Shown here: piece by piece, positions 17,949-26,882 of the stretch
Layout: each line of letters starts with the position of its first letter
How positions within the stretch are numbered: the first letter of the stretch is position 1
Origin: Candidatus Micrarchaeota archaeon
GTDB lineage: Archaea; Micrarchaeota; Micrarchaeia; Anstonellales; Bilamarchaeaceae
Reading direction: 5' to 3'
DNA length: 44,810 bases
Assembly (NCBI GenBank): GCA_013425375.1
Contig: JACCLH010000009.1
Location: 1 to 44,810 of the forward strand
The notes under the pieces: generated by a model
Database searches by the model: none
Seen by the model: only the letters and a program-made list of their open reading frames with translations
Told to the model about the DNA's origin: nothing
Made by a program: the position numbers and the translations under genes

Positions 17949-18572
17949 ATGACGCTTGTCGAAGATTTCTCCCTGCTTGAGAAGCACGGTTTCAAGCTCT
18001 TGCCGTACTATCTTGCGAAAAATGAGGCCGATGCACTGAAGGCTGCCAAGAAGATAGGCTATCCGGTGGCATTGAAGATAGTGTCTCCTGAGGTGGAGCA
18101 TAAGACGGACATCGGCGGAGTCAGGATAACGCTCAGGAACGAGGAGATGCTCAGGAACGCCTACAAGGAAATCATGCAGAACGCCAATGGCCGGAAAGTG
18201 GACGGCATACTCGTCCAGAAGATGGCCAGGAAAGGCGTGGAACTGATAATCGGGGGCAAGAAGGACCCGCAGTTCGGGCACATGGTGGTGCTTGGCTTAG
18301 GCGGCATCTACGTGGAGATATTCAGGGACATAAGCGCTAGGATCTGCCCGCTTGTCGCATCAGACGTGGACGAGATGGTCGCTGAGCTCAAGGTACACCC
18401 GCTCCTTGAAGGCGCGCGGGGGAAGAAGCCGGTGAACAAGAAGGCATTGGAGGCCTTGGTGCTGCGGATGTGCAGGTTCATGGCCGAGGAGGATATAAAA
18501 GAGATGGACCTCAACCCGGTCGTATTCGACGAAAGGGGTTGCGATATAGTGGATGCCAGATTCAGCAGGTAG
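17949..18572 (+). CDS. acdB: Acetyl-CoA synthetase (ADP-forming), beta subunit (ATP-grasp)
   Basis: IGYPVALKIVSPEVEHKTDIGGV, DPQFGHMVVLGLGGIYVEIFRDI, LLEGARGKKP and IKEMDLNPV are colinear with the Pyrococcus ACS beta subunit. Confidence 0.87.
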   Translation: MTLVEDFSLLEKHGFKLLPYYLAKNEADALKAAKKIGYPVALKIVSPEVEHKTDIGGVRITLRNEEMLRNAYKEIMQNANGRKVDGILVQKMARKGVELIIGGKKDPQFGHMVVLGLGGIYVEIFRDISARICPLVASDVDEMVAELKVHPLLEGARGKKPVNKKALEALVLRMCRFMAEEDIKEMDLNPVVFDERGCDIVDARFSR

Positions 18573-18578
18573 ATTTTC

Positions 18579-19970
18579 ATGAAGAGAATGATCAAAAACC
18601 TCGGCCGGGTATTCGAACCCAAATCAGTCGCCATAGTAGGCGCTTCGGCCACACCCAACAAGATAGGCAATGTGCTGGTGAGGAATTTCCTTGACACCAA
18701 GTTCCCTGGCGCAGTCTATCCTGTGAACCCGAAGTATCCTGAGCTGTTCGGCCTGAAGTGCTATGCCAAGGTGAGTGACATCCCGGGCAAGGTGGATTGC
18801 GTCATAGTGGCTACGCCTGCCGAGACCGTGCCGGGAGTGATGCGGGACTGCGCCGACAAGAAAGTCGGCGGCGTGGTGATACTGAGCGGTGGTTTTGAAG
18901 AGGTCAACCGAAACGATTTGGCGCAGAAGCTCAGGGAGATAGCAGAAGCGAGCAACATCCCTGTGGTAGGCCCGAACTGCCTGGGTGTGTTCAACCCATA
19001 CACGAAAGTGGATAGCATCTTCCTGCCGATGTACAAGCTGGAGAGGCCGAAGGCAGGCAGCATAGCGTTCGTCACCCAAAGCGGAGCGGTGGGCTCCACA
19101 GTAGTGGACCTGATGGCTTATTACGGCGTGGGACTGTCCAAATTCATATCCTATGGAAACGGGACGATCCTCGATGAGAGCGATTACCTGGAATATCTTA
19201 TGCAGGACGAAAAGACAAAGACCATAATACTCTATCTTGAAGGTGTGAAGGATGGCCGGAAACTGCTGGCTGCCATGAAGAAGGTCAACAAGGTGAAGCC
19301 GATAATAGCCCTGAAGGCAGGGAAAGGTGCCGGAGGACAGGCTGCCGCCCGCTCGCACACTGGCAATATCGCAGGAAGCTATCTCGCTTACAATGCGGCA
19401 TTCAAGCAGGCTAAGGTGGCTGAAGCCGATGGGATAGATGAAGTGTTCGATTTCGTCAAGATATTCAACCAACCGAAACCCAAGGGGAACCGGATGGGGG
19501 TCATAACCAACGGGGGTGGGATGGGCGTCCTGACCGCTGATTATATAGAAAGCGAGGGATTGGCCCTGGCCCAGTTCAGCGAAGAGACCAAAAAGGAGCT
19601 GGCGGAGATACTGCCGGCTTATGGAACTGTCGCGAATCCGTTGGATCTGGTGGCTGATGCGGGCGTCGAGGCTTATGAGAAAGCTATAGGGGTCATGATG
19701 AAGGACCCGAATATCGATGGTTTGATTGTCATCATCCTGACACAGACACCACCCATAGATGAACGCATCATACATGTCCTCACAAAGGTTTTGGATGCGC
19801 AGACCAAACCGATAGCCACCATATCTGTCGGAGGCACATATACAGAGGTTTATAGGAAAATCCTTGAAAGCAAGGGGGTTCCGAGTTACAGCTCCCCAAG
19901 AGCGGCAGTCAAGGCGATGGAACGACTTGTGGTTTATTCTAAGTACTGCAGGCAGCTAGGCAAGAAGTAG
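18579..19970 (+). CDS. acdA: Acetyl-CoA synthetase (ADP-forming), alpha subunit (CoA-binding/succinyl-CoA-synthetase-like)
   Basis: VFEPKSVAIVGASATPNKIGN, YPVNPKY, GPNCLGV, FVTQSGA and the phosphohistidine region AARSHTGNIAGS. Starts 6 nt after acdB. Confidence 0.9.
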   Translation: MKRMIKNLGRVFEPKSVAIVGASATPNKIGNVLVRNFLDTKFPGAVYPVNPKYPELFGLKCYAKVSDIPGKVDCVIVATPAETVPGVMRDCADKKVGGVVILSGGFEEVNRNDLAQKLREIAEASNIPVVGPNCLGVFNPYTKVDSIFLPMYKLERPKAGSIAFVTQSGAVGSTVVDLMAYYGVGLSKFISYGNGTILDESDYLEYLMQDEKTKTIILYLEGVKDGRKLLAAMKKVNKVKPIIALKAGKGAGGQAAARSHTGNIAGSYLAYNAAFKQAKVAEADGIDEVFDFVKIFNQPKPKGNRMGVITNGGGMGVLTADYIESEGLALAQFSEETKKELAEILPAYGTVANPLDLVADAGVEAYEKAIGVMMKDPNIDGLIVIILTQTPPIDERIIHVLTKVLDAQTKPIATISVGGTYTEVYRKILESKGVPSYSSPRAAVKAMERLVVYSKYCRQLGKK

Positions 19971-20024
19971 GGGGAGGGGGGAGTATAGTTCCAGTAATAA
20001 GCTTGTGTTGTTTGTTTTTAAGTA

Positions 20025-20044
20025 TATGTAACTATAGTTACATA
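20025..20044. promoter_or_regulatory. Perfect 20-bp palindrome TATGTAACTATAGTTACATA abutting a start codon (candidate operator overlapping the TATA/TSS region)
   Basis: The two 10-nt arms are exact reverse complements. The palindrome ends 2 nt before ATG 20047 and is itself TATA-like. Confidence 0.5.
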
Positions 20045-20046
20045 GT

Positions 20047-20322
20047 ATGACTAACAAGCCATCTAGCACTCCGGATAGTGTGAATATTCTCTATATCTAC
20101 GACCTCAATGCTTCTGACAAGAAAAAATTCAACAGGACAAAACGGCTTTTCTACTATCATCTGGGGAGGCTTCCTTTGAAAAAAGAATCCTGGAAGACAA
20201 AATCCGCGTTCGCTGTGCCACCCAGGATGGAAAAGATGGTCGACGCATTCTTCAAACGTTTCGGAAAGGCGGTTATGGCCTATAAAGCGGTTGCAGAATC
20301 TATTGAAGAATTGGAAAACTGA
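20047..20322 (+). CDS. Small AT-rich orphan protein, possibly with a Cas2/VapD-like ferredoxin fold
   Basis: 91 aa. ILYIYDL + DKKKFNRTKRLFYYHLGRL + SAFAVP + MEKMVDAFFKRFG + AVMAYKAV gives a beta-alpha-beta-alpha-beta pattern with an Asp after strand 1, as in Cas2. No family confirmed. Confidence 0.5.
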   Translation: MTNKPSSTPDSVNILYIYDLNASDKKKFNRTKRLFYYHLGRLPLKKESWKTKSAFAVPPRMEKMVDAFFKRFGKAVMAYKAVAESIEELEN

Positions 20323-20323
20323 A

Positions 20324-21937
20324 CTATCTGATTAGTGGAAGTATGGGGTCTCCCTGTAGCTCCAACTCGCACACATAAACGTCAAAATTGACCCCAGCCT
20401 TCGCCAGGACGGTCTTGTTTATCTTACCGAAAACACCGACTTTCTTCCCACTCACCATCACGCCACAGGAAATCTCAGGCTCAAAGGCCGGGTTCGGGGT
20501 TTTCTCCAGTACGAAATCAATGCCCATCTCGGCTGCCAGGGCCTGCAGGTGCCCGCGCGCATCAGCGAATTCCAGTTTCTTGTCCATGACCCCGAAAATC
20601 AGGTGTTTAGCGGTCTCCTGGCTCTTCTGCACCAGACCTATCTCATAGAATCTTTGGGGGAGCCGTTTCATCTTATTTATTTTGAAAGCATCCAACATAT
20701 CAGCCATAAGGCTTGGCCGGATCACAGTGTAATCCGCAGAGCCGGGATTGGTGATTTCTATCACGCCATCCCCCTGTCCTATGGCTGCCAGCTTCTCTTT
20801 GTTGGTGAGCATGAATGTTTTCATCTCCATGAAACCCATGCCACGCATTATGCTGTCCATGCCGTCATGGGTCCGCATCCCCTCACCAGGGCAGAAGAAA
20901 TCCGGTAATGTGGGTTTGAAGTTGTTGTAGCCATATGATATGGCGATGTCCTCAATGACATCTATCGGGCCCATGACATCGGCCCGGTACGGTGGCGCAT
21001 ATGCAATCCCTTTCTTGTATCCATATCCCATCCTGGCCAGGTGCTGCGCCATGTCGCTTTCACCAAGTTCCAGACCCAGCAGTCTGTTGGTCTCCTTCAG
21101 GCTTATCTTGACTGCTTTCGGGGCCAGGTCTGGGGAGCGGAACTTCTCCTTGCCGTAATGCATCATGACTTCATGGATGGTACCGCCCATATCAGCGAAT
21201 GTGCACACGATGATGTTGAGCGCCGCCTTGCACGAGTGGATGTCGGTCCCGCTCACCTCTATGAATACGTCTTTGGTGTCCAGGTCCACCCTTCCGGTCT
21301 CAGCCGAGTTCACCACAGGTATGAGGGCCATCACCTTACCTTTGGCATCCACGAACACAGGATAGCGGTCATGATCCTTGATGATATAACCATACTGCTG
21401 GCCTTTCTTATGGGTCTCCAGTATCTCCTTTGCGCTCATCGGGTGTTCTGCTCCCAATGGCGTGTATCGTATCTCTTCCGGCTTCATTGTCGTGTAGCTG
21501 ACCGGGAATTCTATTGCATGGAGGGGGTATATGCCCAGGCCGAACCTCTTCACCTTCCTCCCGAGGGTAGCCAACAATTTCTCCTGCAGAAGAACCATGT
21601 CCCTTATGCGTTGGTCATCGAACTTCAAATCCTTCACGACCGCGCAGACGGTATATGGCCTCACCGTAGCCACAGATGGGTGCACCACTACCGTGTAATC
21701 TGATTTTTTCGTTCCGTATTCCGGCAGCTTCTTGCCGTGGTATGCCTTCAGGGCCCTTGCCAGCCCTTCCATGGAGTACCAGTCCGGGCGGTTGGGTGTG
21801 AGTTCGGTTATTATCTTCTTCACTGTCGGTTCATATTCAGAAGGAGCACCGAGCTCGCTCAGCGAAGCTACCATCTTCTCTTTGGGCAGGTCGACCAGTC
21901 TTTTCATCTCCTCATACTCGAATTCCACCACGACCAT
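20324..21937 (-). CDS. pheT: Phenylalanine--tRNA ligase beta subunit (archaeal type)
   Basis: Start trimmed to ATG 21937 (MVVVEFEYEEMKRLV), 5 nt after the purF stop. The length and B3/4 plus B5 domain pattern are typical of archaeal PheT. Confidence 0.92.
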   Translation of the reverse strand: MVVVEFEYEEMKRLVDLPKEKMVASLSELGAPSEYEPTVKKIITELTPNRPDWYSMEGLARALKAYHGKKLPEYGTKKSDYTVVVHPSVATVRPYTVCAVVKDLKFDDQRIRDMVLLQEKLLATLGRKVKRFGLGIYPLHAIEFPVSYTTMKPEEIRYTPLGAEHPMSAKEILETHKKGQQYGYIIKDHDRYPVFVDAKGKVMALIPVVNSAETGRVDLDTKDVFIEVSGTDIHSCKAALNIIVCTFADMGGTIHEVMMHYGKEKFRSPDLAPKAVKISLKETNRLLGLELGESDMAQHLARMGYGYKKGIAYAPPYRADVMGPIDVIEDIAISYGYNNFKPTLPDFFCPGEGMRTHDGMDSIMRGMGFMEMKTFMLTNKEKLAAIGQGDGVIEITNPGSADYTVIRPSLMADMLDAFKINKMKRLPQRFYEIGLVQKSQETAKHLIFGVMDKKLEFADARGHLQALAAEMGIDFVLEKTPNPAFEPEISCGVMVSGKKVGVFGKINKTVLAKAGVNFDVYVCELELQGDPILPLIR

Positions 21938-21941
21938 ACAT

Positions 21942-23330
21942 TCACGAACCCCTTGCCTTCTCAGCCAGCTTCCTGACATAATCAGTATGATATTCGCCGC
22001 CAAGGCATGCAGTGCACAATGGCAGGCCTATGGCCTTCTTCAGCCCGTCCATGGAGATATAAGCCAGTGTATCAGCCCCGAGGAACTTCCCTATGGCATC
22101 CACAGACTTATCATCGGCAATCAGCTCCTTATAAGTGGACATGTCCACCCCATAGAAGCACGGTGCTTTCACCGGCGGGCAGGTTATGCGCAGGTGCACC
22201 TCTTTAGCGCCTGCCTTCCTGACCAATGCCACTATCTCCTTCAATGTCGTGCCCCTGACGATGCTGTCATCCACCAGGGCCACTGACTTTCCCCTTATAA
22301 TCTCACGAACCGGGTTCAGCTTGAGCTTGACCGCACCGACCCTCTTGGACTGATTAGCCATTATGAACGTCCTTCCGATGTACCTGTTCTTTATCAGGCC
22401 TTCCTCGCATGGCACGCCCAGCTTCCGCGCATATCTGGCTGCAGCCGTGCGTGATGTGTCAGGGACAGGCACCACAACATCCACTTTGGCCGGCGCCTCC
22501 CTGGCAAGCGCCTCGCCGAGCATGCTCCTTGCTTCATATACGCTCTTGCCGTTTATAGTGGAATCAGGCCTAGCGAAATACACATACTCGAACATGCAAT
22601 GCCTTGGTGTCTCTGGAACAAGTTGCTTCCTGACCATCTTCCCTCCATCCACGATGACAAGTTCCCCGCCCTTCACCTCGCCCTTGTACGGGATGTTATT
22701 TATATCCAGGGCGACAGTCTCTGATGCGAACGCTATGAAGCTCTCATTCTCGCCCCAAACCAGCGGTCGTATGGCATGCGGGTCGCGGAAAACGCCGAAA
22801 ACGCCATTATAGATGCAGACATCGGAATAGGAACCCTCGAAACGCTCCATTATCCATTTTGCCCCCTCCTCGAAACCCTTGCTTCCTGCCAGGGCGAATA
22901 CCATAGGCTCAGAGTCCACTGTGCTGGTATACTTATGGCCTTTTTCCTCAAAGGTCTTTTTCAGGTCGCCATAATTCGCCACATGGCCGTTGTGGGCCAC
23001 TGCAATATCCTTGTACATAGATGGCTGGACATCGCACATCCTACACTCGCCTATTGTCGGGTACCTGGTATGTCCTATGCCCATGCCTCCCTTCAGGGTA
23101 AGGTCCTCTGGCTTGAATACGCCGCTCACCAGTCCGATGCCCCTTCTCGCCTCCATGGTCTTGCCGTTATAGATTGCGAACCCGGCAGCGTCCTGGCCCC
23201 TATGCTGCAATGCGATGAGCGCACGATAGAGGAGCGGGGCTACGTCATCCCCGTTCTTGGCCAGTATGCCGAATATGCCGCATTCTTCCCCTTTCTCTTC
23301 AGAATAAGGGCTGGACACCCACACTCCCAT
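21942..23330 (-). CDS. purF: Amidophosphoribosyltransferase
   Basis: Propeptide followed by CGIFGI (N-terminal nucleophile Cys), LQHRGQDAAG, the PRPP loop VALVDDSIVRGTT, and C-terminal Cys residues consistent with a [4Fe-4S] ligand set. Confidence 0.95.
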   Translation of the reverse strand: MGVWVSSPYSEEKGEECGIFGILAKNGDDVAPLLYRALIALQHRGQDAAGFAIYNGKTMEARRGIGLVSGVFKPEDLTLKGGMGIGHTRYPTIGECRMCDVQPSMYKDIAVAHNGHVANYGDLKKTFEEKGHKYTSTVDSEPMVFALAGSKGFEEGAKWIMERFEGSYSDVCIYNGVFGVFRDPHAIRPLVWGENESFIAFASETVALDINNIPYKGEVKGGELVIVDGGKMVRKQLVPETPRHCMFEYVYFARPDSTINGKSVYEARSMLGEALAREAPAKVDVVVPVPDTSRTAAARYARKLGVPCEEGLIKNRYIGRTFIMANQSKRVGAVKLKLNPVREIIRGKSVALVDDSIVRGTTLKEIVALVRKAGAKEVHLRITCPPVKAPCFYGVDMSTYKELIADDKSVDAIGKFLGADTLAYISMDGLKKAIGLPLCTACLGGEYHTDYVRKLAEKARGS

Positions 23331-23382
23331 ACCTTTACAATAGGAGATTCGCTTTTAATCGTTTTCCCAGCAACTCGTTCCT

Positions 23383-23652
23383 ATGGCAAAGATAGATACG
23401 CTCTCGCGCGAAGTGGAAAAGATAAAGGAACGCAACTCCCGCGTGGAAGGCGACAAGGCATGGGAGACGAGTTTCACCCGCCGCGCCATAATCGCCATCG
23501 GCACCTATCTGGTATCCGCAGTTTTTCTTGTCGCGATAAATTCCCAATATCCTCTTCTGGTGGCGTTCGTACCGGTTTTGGGTTTCCTACTCTCCAGCCT
23601 CACGCTCCCGCTTTTCAAGGAATGGTGGTTCGGCAGCAGGAAATCCGCATAA
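23383..23652 (+). CDS. Small conserved-looking membrane protein (2 TM)
   Basis: 89 aa with an N-terminal amphipathic helix, the motif DKAWETSFTRR and two hydrophobic spans. Family not identified. Confidence 0.55.
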   Translation: MAKIDTLSREVEKIKERNSRVEGDKAWETSFTRRAIIAIGTYLVSAVFLVAINSQYPLLVAFVPVLGFLLSSLTLPLFKEWWFGSRKSA

Positions 23653-23725
23653 CGCTTCCCGTCGAACGTCATTTGCCCATGCTTTTTAAATCGCCTCCAG
23701 CAATATCATCCCAGGTGTAATTCTC

Positions 23726-24886
23726 ATGAGACGCGTAGCAATCATAGGCGCAGGCATGACTGCCTTCGGCGAGCATTGGGAGCAGGGCTTCCGCGACCTC
23801 GTAGTGGAGGCAGGCATCCGGGCCATAACCGATGCAGGCATATCAGGTGACAGGATAGATGCAGGCTTCATAGGCACCATGGCCTCAGGCCGGCTTGTGG
23901 GCCAGGAGCATATAGGCGGCCTTCTCGCAGACTACATAGGACTCAATCCAATTCCGATTACACGTGTAGAAGGTGCGTGCGCATCAGGTGGCCTTGCGCT
24001 CAGGCAAGGTGTCATGGCCGTAGCCAGTGGCATGCATGACCTTGTCGTCGTAGGCGGCGTTGAGAAGATGACCGACCTCGGCGTCAACACTGTCAGCGAT
24101 ATCCTTGGCGGCGCAGGAGATCAGGAATGGGAGCTGTTTCTCGGCGCGACCTTCCCGGCCATCTATGCCCTTATGGCAAGACGGCATATGCAGGATTACG
24201 GAACCACCGAGGAGATGATGGCCGCTGTTGCTGTCAAGAACCACAAGAACGGCGCCAAAAACAAATACGCGCAATTCCAGAACGAGATAACCTTAGAGAC
24301 AGTCATGAAATCCAAGATGGTCGCAGACCCGCTCAAGATCTTTGACTGCTCACCGATAACCGATGGCGCTGCAGGCGTGGTCCTTGCCCCGATGGACATG
24401 GCTCAAAGCTTTGTCAAGAAACCGATAGAGATAATCGCCTGCGCCCAGGCAAGCGATACCATCGCTCTGCACTCGCGCGAGAGCCTCACCAGCCTCAAAG
24501 CCACCAGGGTGGCTGCCAAGAAGGCCTATGACATGGCCAAACTGACCCCAAAAGACATAGACGTGGCTGAAGTCCACGACTGCTTCACGATCGCAGAGCT
24601 CATGGCCATAGAGGATTTAGGCTTCTTCCCGAAAGGCCAGGGCGGCAAGGCGACAGTGGAAGGCAAGACTGCCATCGGCGCTGAAATCCCAATCAACACA
24701 TCCGGAGGCCTCAAGGCCTGCGGCCATCCTGTAGGCGCCACAGGCATAAAACAGGCAGTGGAATGCACCTGGCAGCTAAGGGGCGAGGCTGAAGGACGCC
24801 AGGTCAAAGATGCCCACATCGCCCTGAGCCACAACGTGGGTGGAAGCGGAGCGACCGCTGTCATCCACATCTATAGGAACCAGTAA
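23726..24886 (+). CDS. Acetyl-CoA C-acetyltransferase (archaeal thiolase)
   Basis: VAIIGAGMTAFGE, active-site VEGACASGG, C-terminal GHPVGATG and NVGGSGA, typical of archaeal mevalonate-pathway thiolases. Confidence 0.9.
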   Translation: MRRVAIIGAGMTAFGEHWEQGFRDLVVEAGIRAITDAGISGDRIDAGFIGTMASGRLVGQEHIGGLLADYIGLNPIPITRVEGACASGGLALRQGVMAVASGMHDLVVVGGVEKMTDLGVNTVSDILGGAGDQEWELFLGATFPAIYALMARRHMQDYGTTEEMMAAVAVKNHKNGAKNKYAQFQNEITLETVMKSKMVADPLKIFDCSPITDGAAGVVLAPMDMAQSFVKKPIEIIACAQASDTIALHSRESLTSLKATRVAAKKAYDMAKLTPKDIDVAEVHDCFTIAELMAIEDLGFFPKGQGGKATVEGKTAIGAEIPINTSGGLKACGHPVGATGIKQAVECTWQLRGEAEGRQVKDAHIALSHNVGGSGATAVIHIYRNQ

Positions 24887-24888
24887 GC

Positions 24889-25351
24889 CTACTTCTTCAC
24901 CCTGACGAAAAACAGTCCTGCGAAGAGCAGTATGAATGCCGCTGGCGCAGCGCATGGGTTCTCTATCTCGCCACATTTAACCGCAGCCTGCTTTGTGCAC
25001 TCATCGGCTGCCGCATAACAGACGCCCACCGAACCTTCCTGGCAGTCCGCCTTGTCATCACCGGTGCTGTACTGCGCCATACACGACTGGAGTTCTGAGG
25101 CGCATTCATCCACTGCCGAGCATTTGCCCTCAGCATACTTGCCGGCCATTATGGGGTAGCTTGTGCTCACACAGGCGGTTCCGCTCGCCTTGTAGCCTCC
25201 CGAGCGAGTCTATCTTCCCATGCTCATCGAACGAGCAGGACGCGCATGCCTTCCTATAGGAGGCTGCAGCGCAGTCTGCAGCGAACGCCAGAGGCGCCAG
25301 AATCAATCCAAAAACCAGGATCGCGATGATGATTTTTGACATAGTATTCAT
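24889..25351 (-). pseudogene. Cys-rich secreted protein with a C-terminal anchor, split by a +1 frame change (frameshifted gene or sequencing error)
   Basis: The upstream ORF (25130-25351) supplies the signal peptide MNTMSKIIIAILVFGLILAPLAFA plus Cys-rich sequence. The downstream ORF (24889-25170, GTG-initiated in the track) is open up to 25209 and supplies the Cys-rich body and the anchor PCAAPAAFILLFAGLFFVRVKK. The two frames overlap at 25133-25209. Confidence 0.5.
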
Positions 25352-25410
25352 TCTGAGGATAGGTTAAAATAAACAGTGCATACGCGCAAAAAGATATAGA
25401 AAATAAAGAG

Positions 25411-25887
25411 TCAGTTCCTAACGGTAGCGACCATGACCTCTTTGGCCGTTGCATGGAGCTCCGCTCCATGGCTGTCAGGAACCCTTTGGGTTCCTGCCAT
25501 GCTGCCAATCATCCTCAGCCTGGGCTTTGAATCAGTCGCCCTGGTGTAGAGGACTCCGTGCCATTCCCTCAGGCCGAACTTCTCGTCGAGCAGCCCGATG
25601 ACCTTGTCCTTGTCAAAAGGCTTGCACGAGTAGAGGTCGAAGTATATCTCGTTGGTGTCAGAGAAGAAGTGCAGCGAGCAGTGGCTCGTCGTTATCATCT
25701 GCACATAGCTCTGGCCAGGGAAATCGAGATCCTCCGCATCAGCCCAGTTGAGCGGCCCTAACGGCTTCATGTCGATGGCTGCGAGTAGTTTGTCCACAAA
25801 ACGCTGAGCATCGTCCCGCGGCAACGCCTTGAAAGACGGATCGACCCGAGCGTTCACCGTTATGTGTATGTGTTCGAGTTTCGACAT
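25411..25887 (-). CDS. S-adenosylmethionine decarboxylase (SpeH/class 1 pyruvoyl proenzyme)-like protein
   Basis: QMITTSHCSLHFFSDTNEIYFDLYSCKPFD parallels SpeH [26 protein letters not shown] (Ser retained, Glu replaced by Thr). Start trimmed to ATG 25887, with TTTTAAA about 35 nt upstream. Confidence 0.6.
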   Translation of the reverse strand: MSKLEHIHITVNARVDPSFKALPRDDAQRFVDKLLAAIDMKPLGPLNWADAEDLDFPGQSYVQMITTSHCSLHFFSDTNEIYFDLYSCKPFDKDKVIGLLDEKFGLREWHGVLYTRATDSKPRLRMIGSMAGTQRVPDSHGAELHATAKEVMVATVRN

Positions 25888-26069
25888 TTTACATCTTGGA
25901 AATCTTTTTTCCACTAAATGTTTAAAAGGTTATTCCCCGGGTTTGCGTTTCCTGCCGGAATTTTTCGTTTGCATGCGCTCGCGCGGGCGTTTTCTCCGCA
26001 ATCTTTATATATCATGGATGCCTATCTCTCTTACGGGCTCGCGGCTCGTTTTCTAGAGAGGGGAGGATT

Positions 26070-26882
26070 ATGGAACCAGAGGTAGTGCCAGCCATACTGG
26101 TGAAGACAAGGAGCGACCTTATCCGTAGCATCTCCCAGGTCCGCGGTCTTTCCAAGGAGATCCAGATAGATATCATGGATGGCAGGTTCGTTCCAAACAC
26201 AACTGTCGGCATAGAAGACCTGAAAGACCTTCCCGAAGCCCGTTACGAATTCCATTGGATGGTCAACGAGCCCGAACGGTGGATAGTGCAGGTTCCCGGT
26301 CCACATATGCACCTTGTCCACATAGAAGCTGTGAAATCCTTCGAAGCAGTGGAGCAGGCCGTGAAGAAATCCGGCGGAAAGCTCGGTATCGCGATAAATC
26401 CCGAGACCTCACTTGAACTCGCGCTTCGTCTTGTTCCGAAAGCAGAACGTGTCCTCATCATGACCGTCCATCCCGGCTTCTCAGGCCAGAGCTACATCCG
26501 CGAGATGTGCGGCAAGATAAGACGCCTCCGCAAGCTCTATCCGAAGCTGGATATCGAGGTGGACGGCGGCATCAACAACGAGACCGCAGCCCATGCGTAT
26601 TCCTGCGGCGCGAACATCCTCGCGGCCGCAAGCGCCATATTCGCAGCGAAAGATGCCAAAAAAGCGATTGCTGGACTCATCAAAAGCGCGAAAAGCGGTG
26701 CTGATGCGAAACACGGCACAAACACAAAACACAAAGCGAGCGATGCGCGCGCAAAACACCGAACGAGTAACGCTGGTGGCGCGAGTGGTAGTGTAAGTAG
26801 TGGTGTTGTTGGCGCGAGACGTACGGATGTTGCTGGTGACGCGAAACGCGCGAGCGCTGGTATCGGTGGTTCGCATGCATAA
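26070..26882 (+). CDS. rpe: Ribulose-phosphate 3-epimerase with an atypical low-complexity C-terminal tail of about 65 aa
   Basis: DIMDGRFVPN, FHWMV, INPET, MTVHPGFSGQ, EVDGGIN and SAIF motifs. GAGGGGAGG lies upstream of the ATG. The tail from about 26680 is K/A/G/S-rich. Confidence 0.88.
   Translation: MEPEVVPAILVKTRSDLIRSISQVRGLSKEIQIDIMDGRFVPNTTVGIEDLKDLPEARYEFHWMVNEPERWIVQVPGPHMHLVHIEAVKSFEAVEQAVKKSGGKLGIAINPETSLELALRLVPKAERVLIMTVHPGFSGQSYIREMCGKIRRLRKLYPKLDIEVDGGINNETAAHAYSCGANILAAASAIFAAKDAKKAIAGLIKSAKSGADAKHGTNTKHKASDARAKHRTSNAGGASGSVSSGVVGARRTDVAGDAKRASAGIGGSHA

Noticed and set aside
22776-23720. 314-aa plus-strand ORF, and the similar long antisense ORFs at 18624-19775 and 21041-21703
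   Set aside because: They lie opposite unmistakable purF, acdA and pheT genes. These are shadow ORFs with no recognisable motifs.
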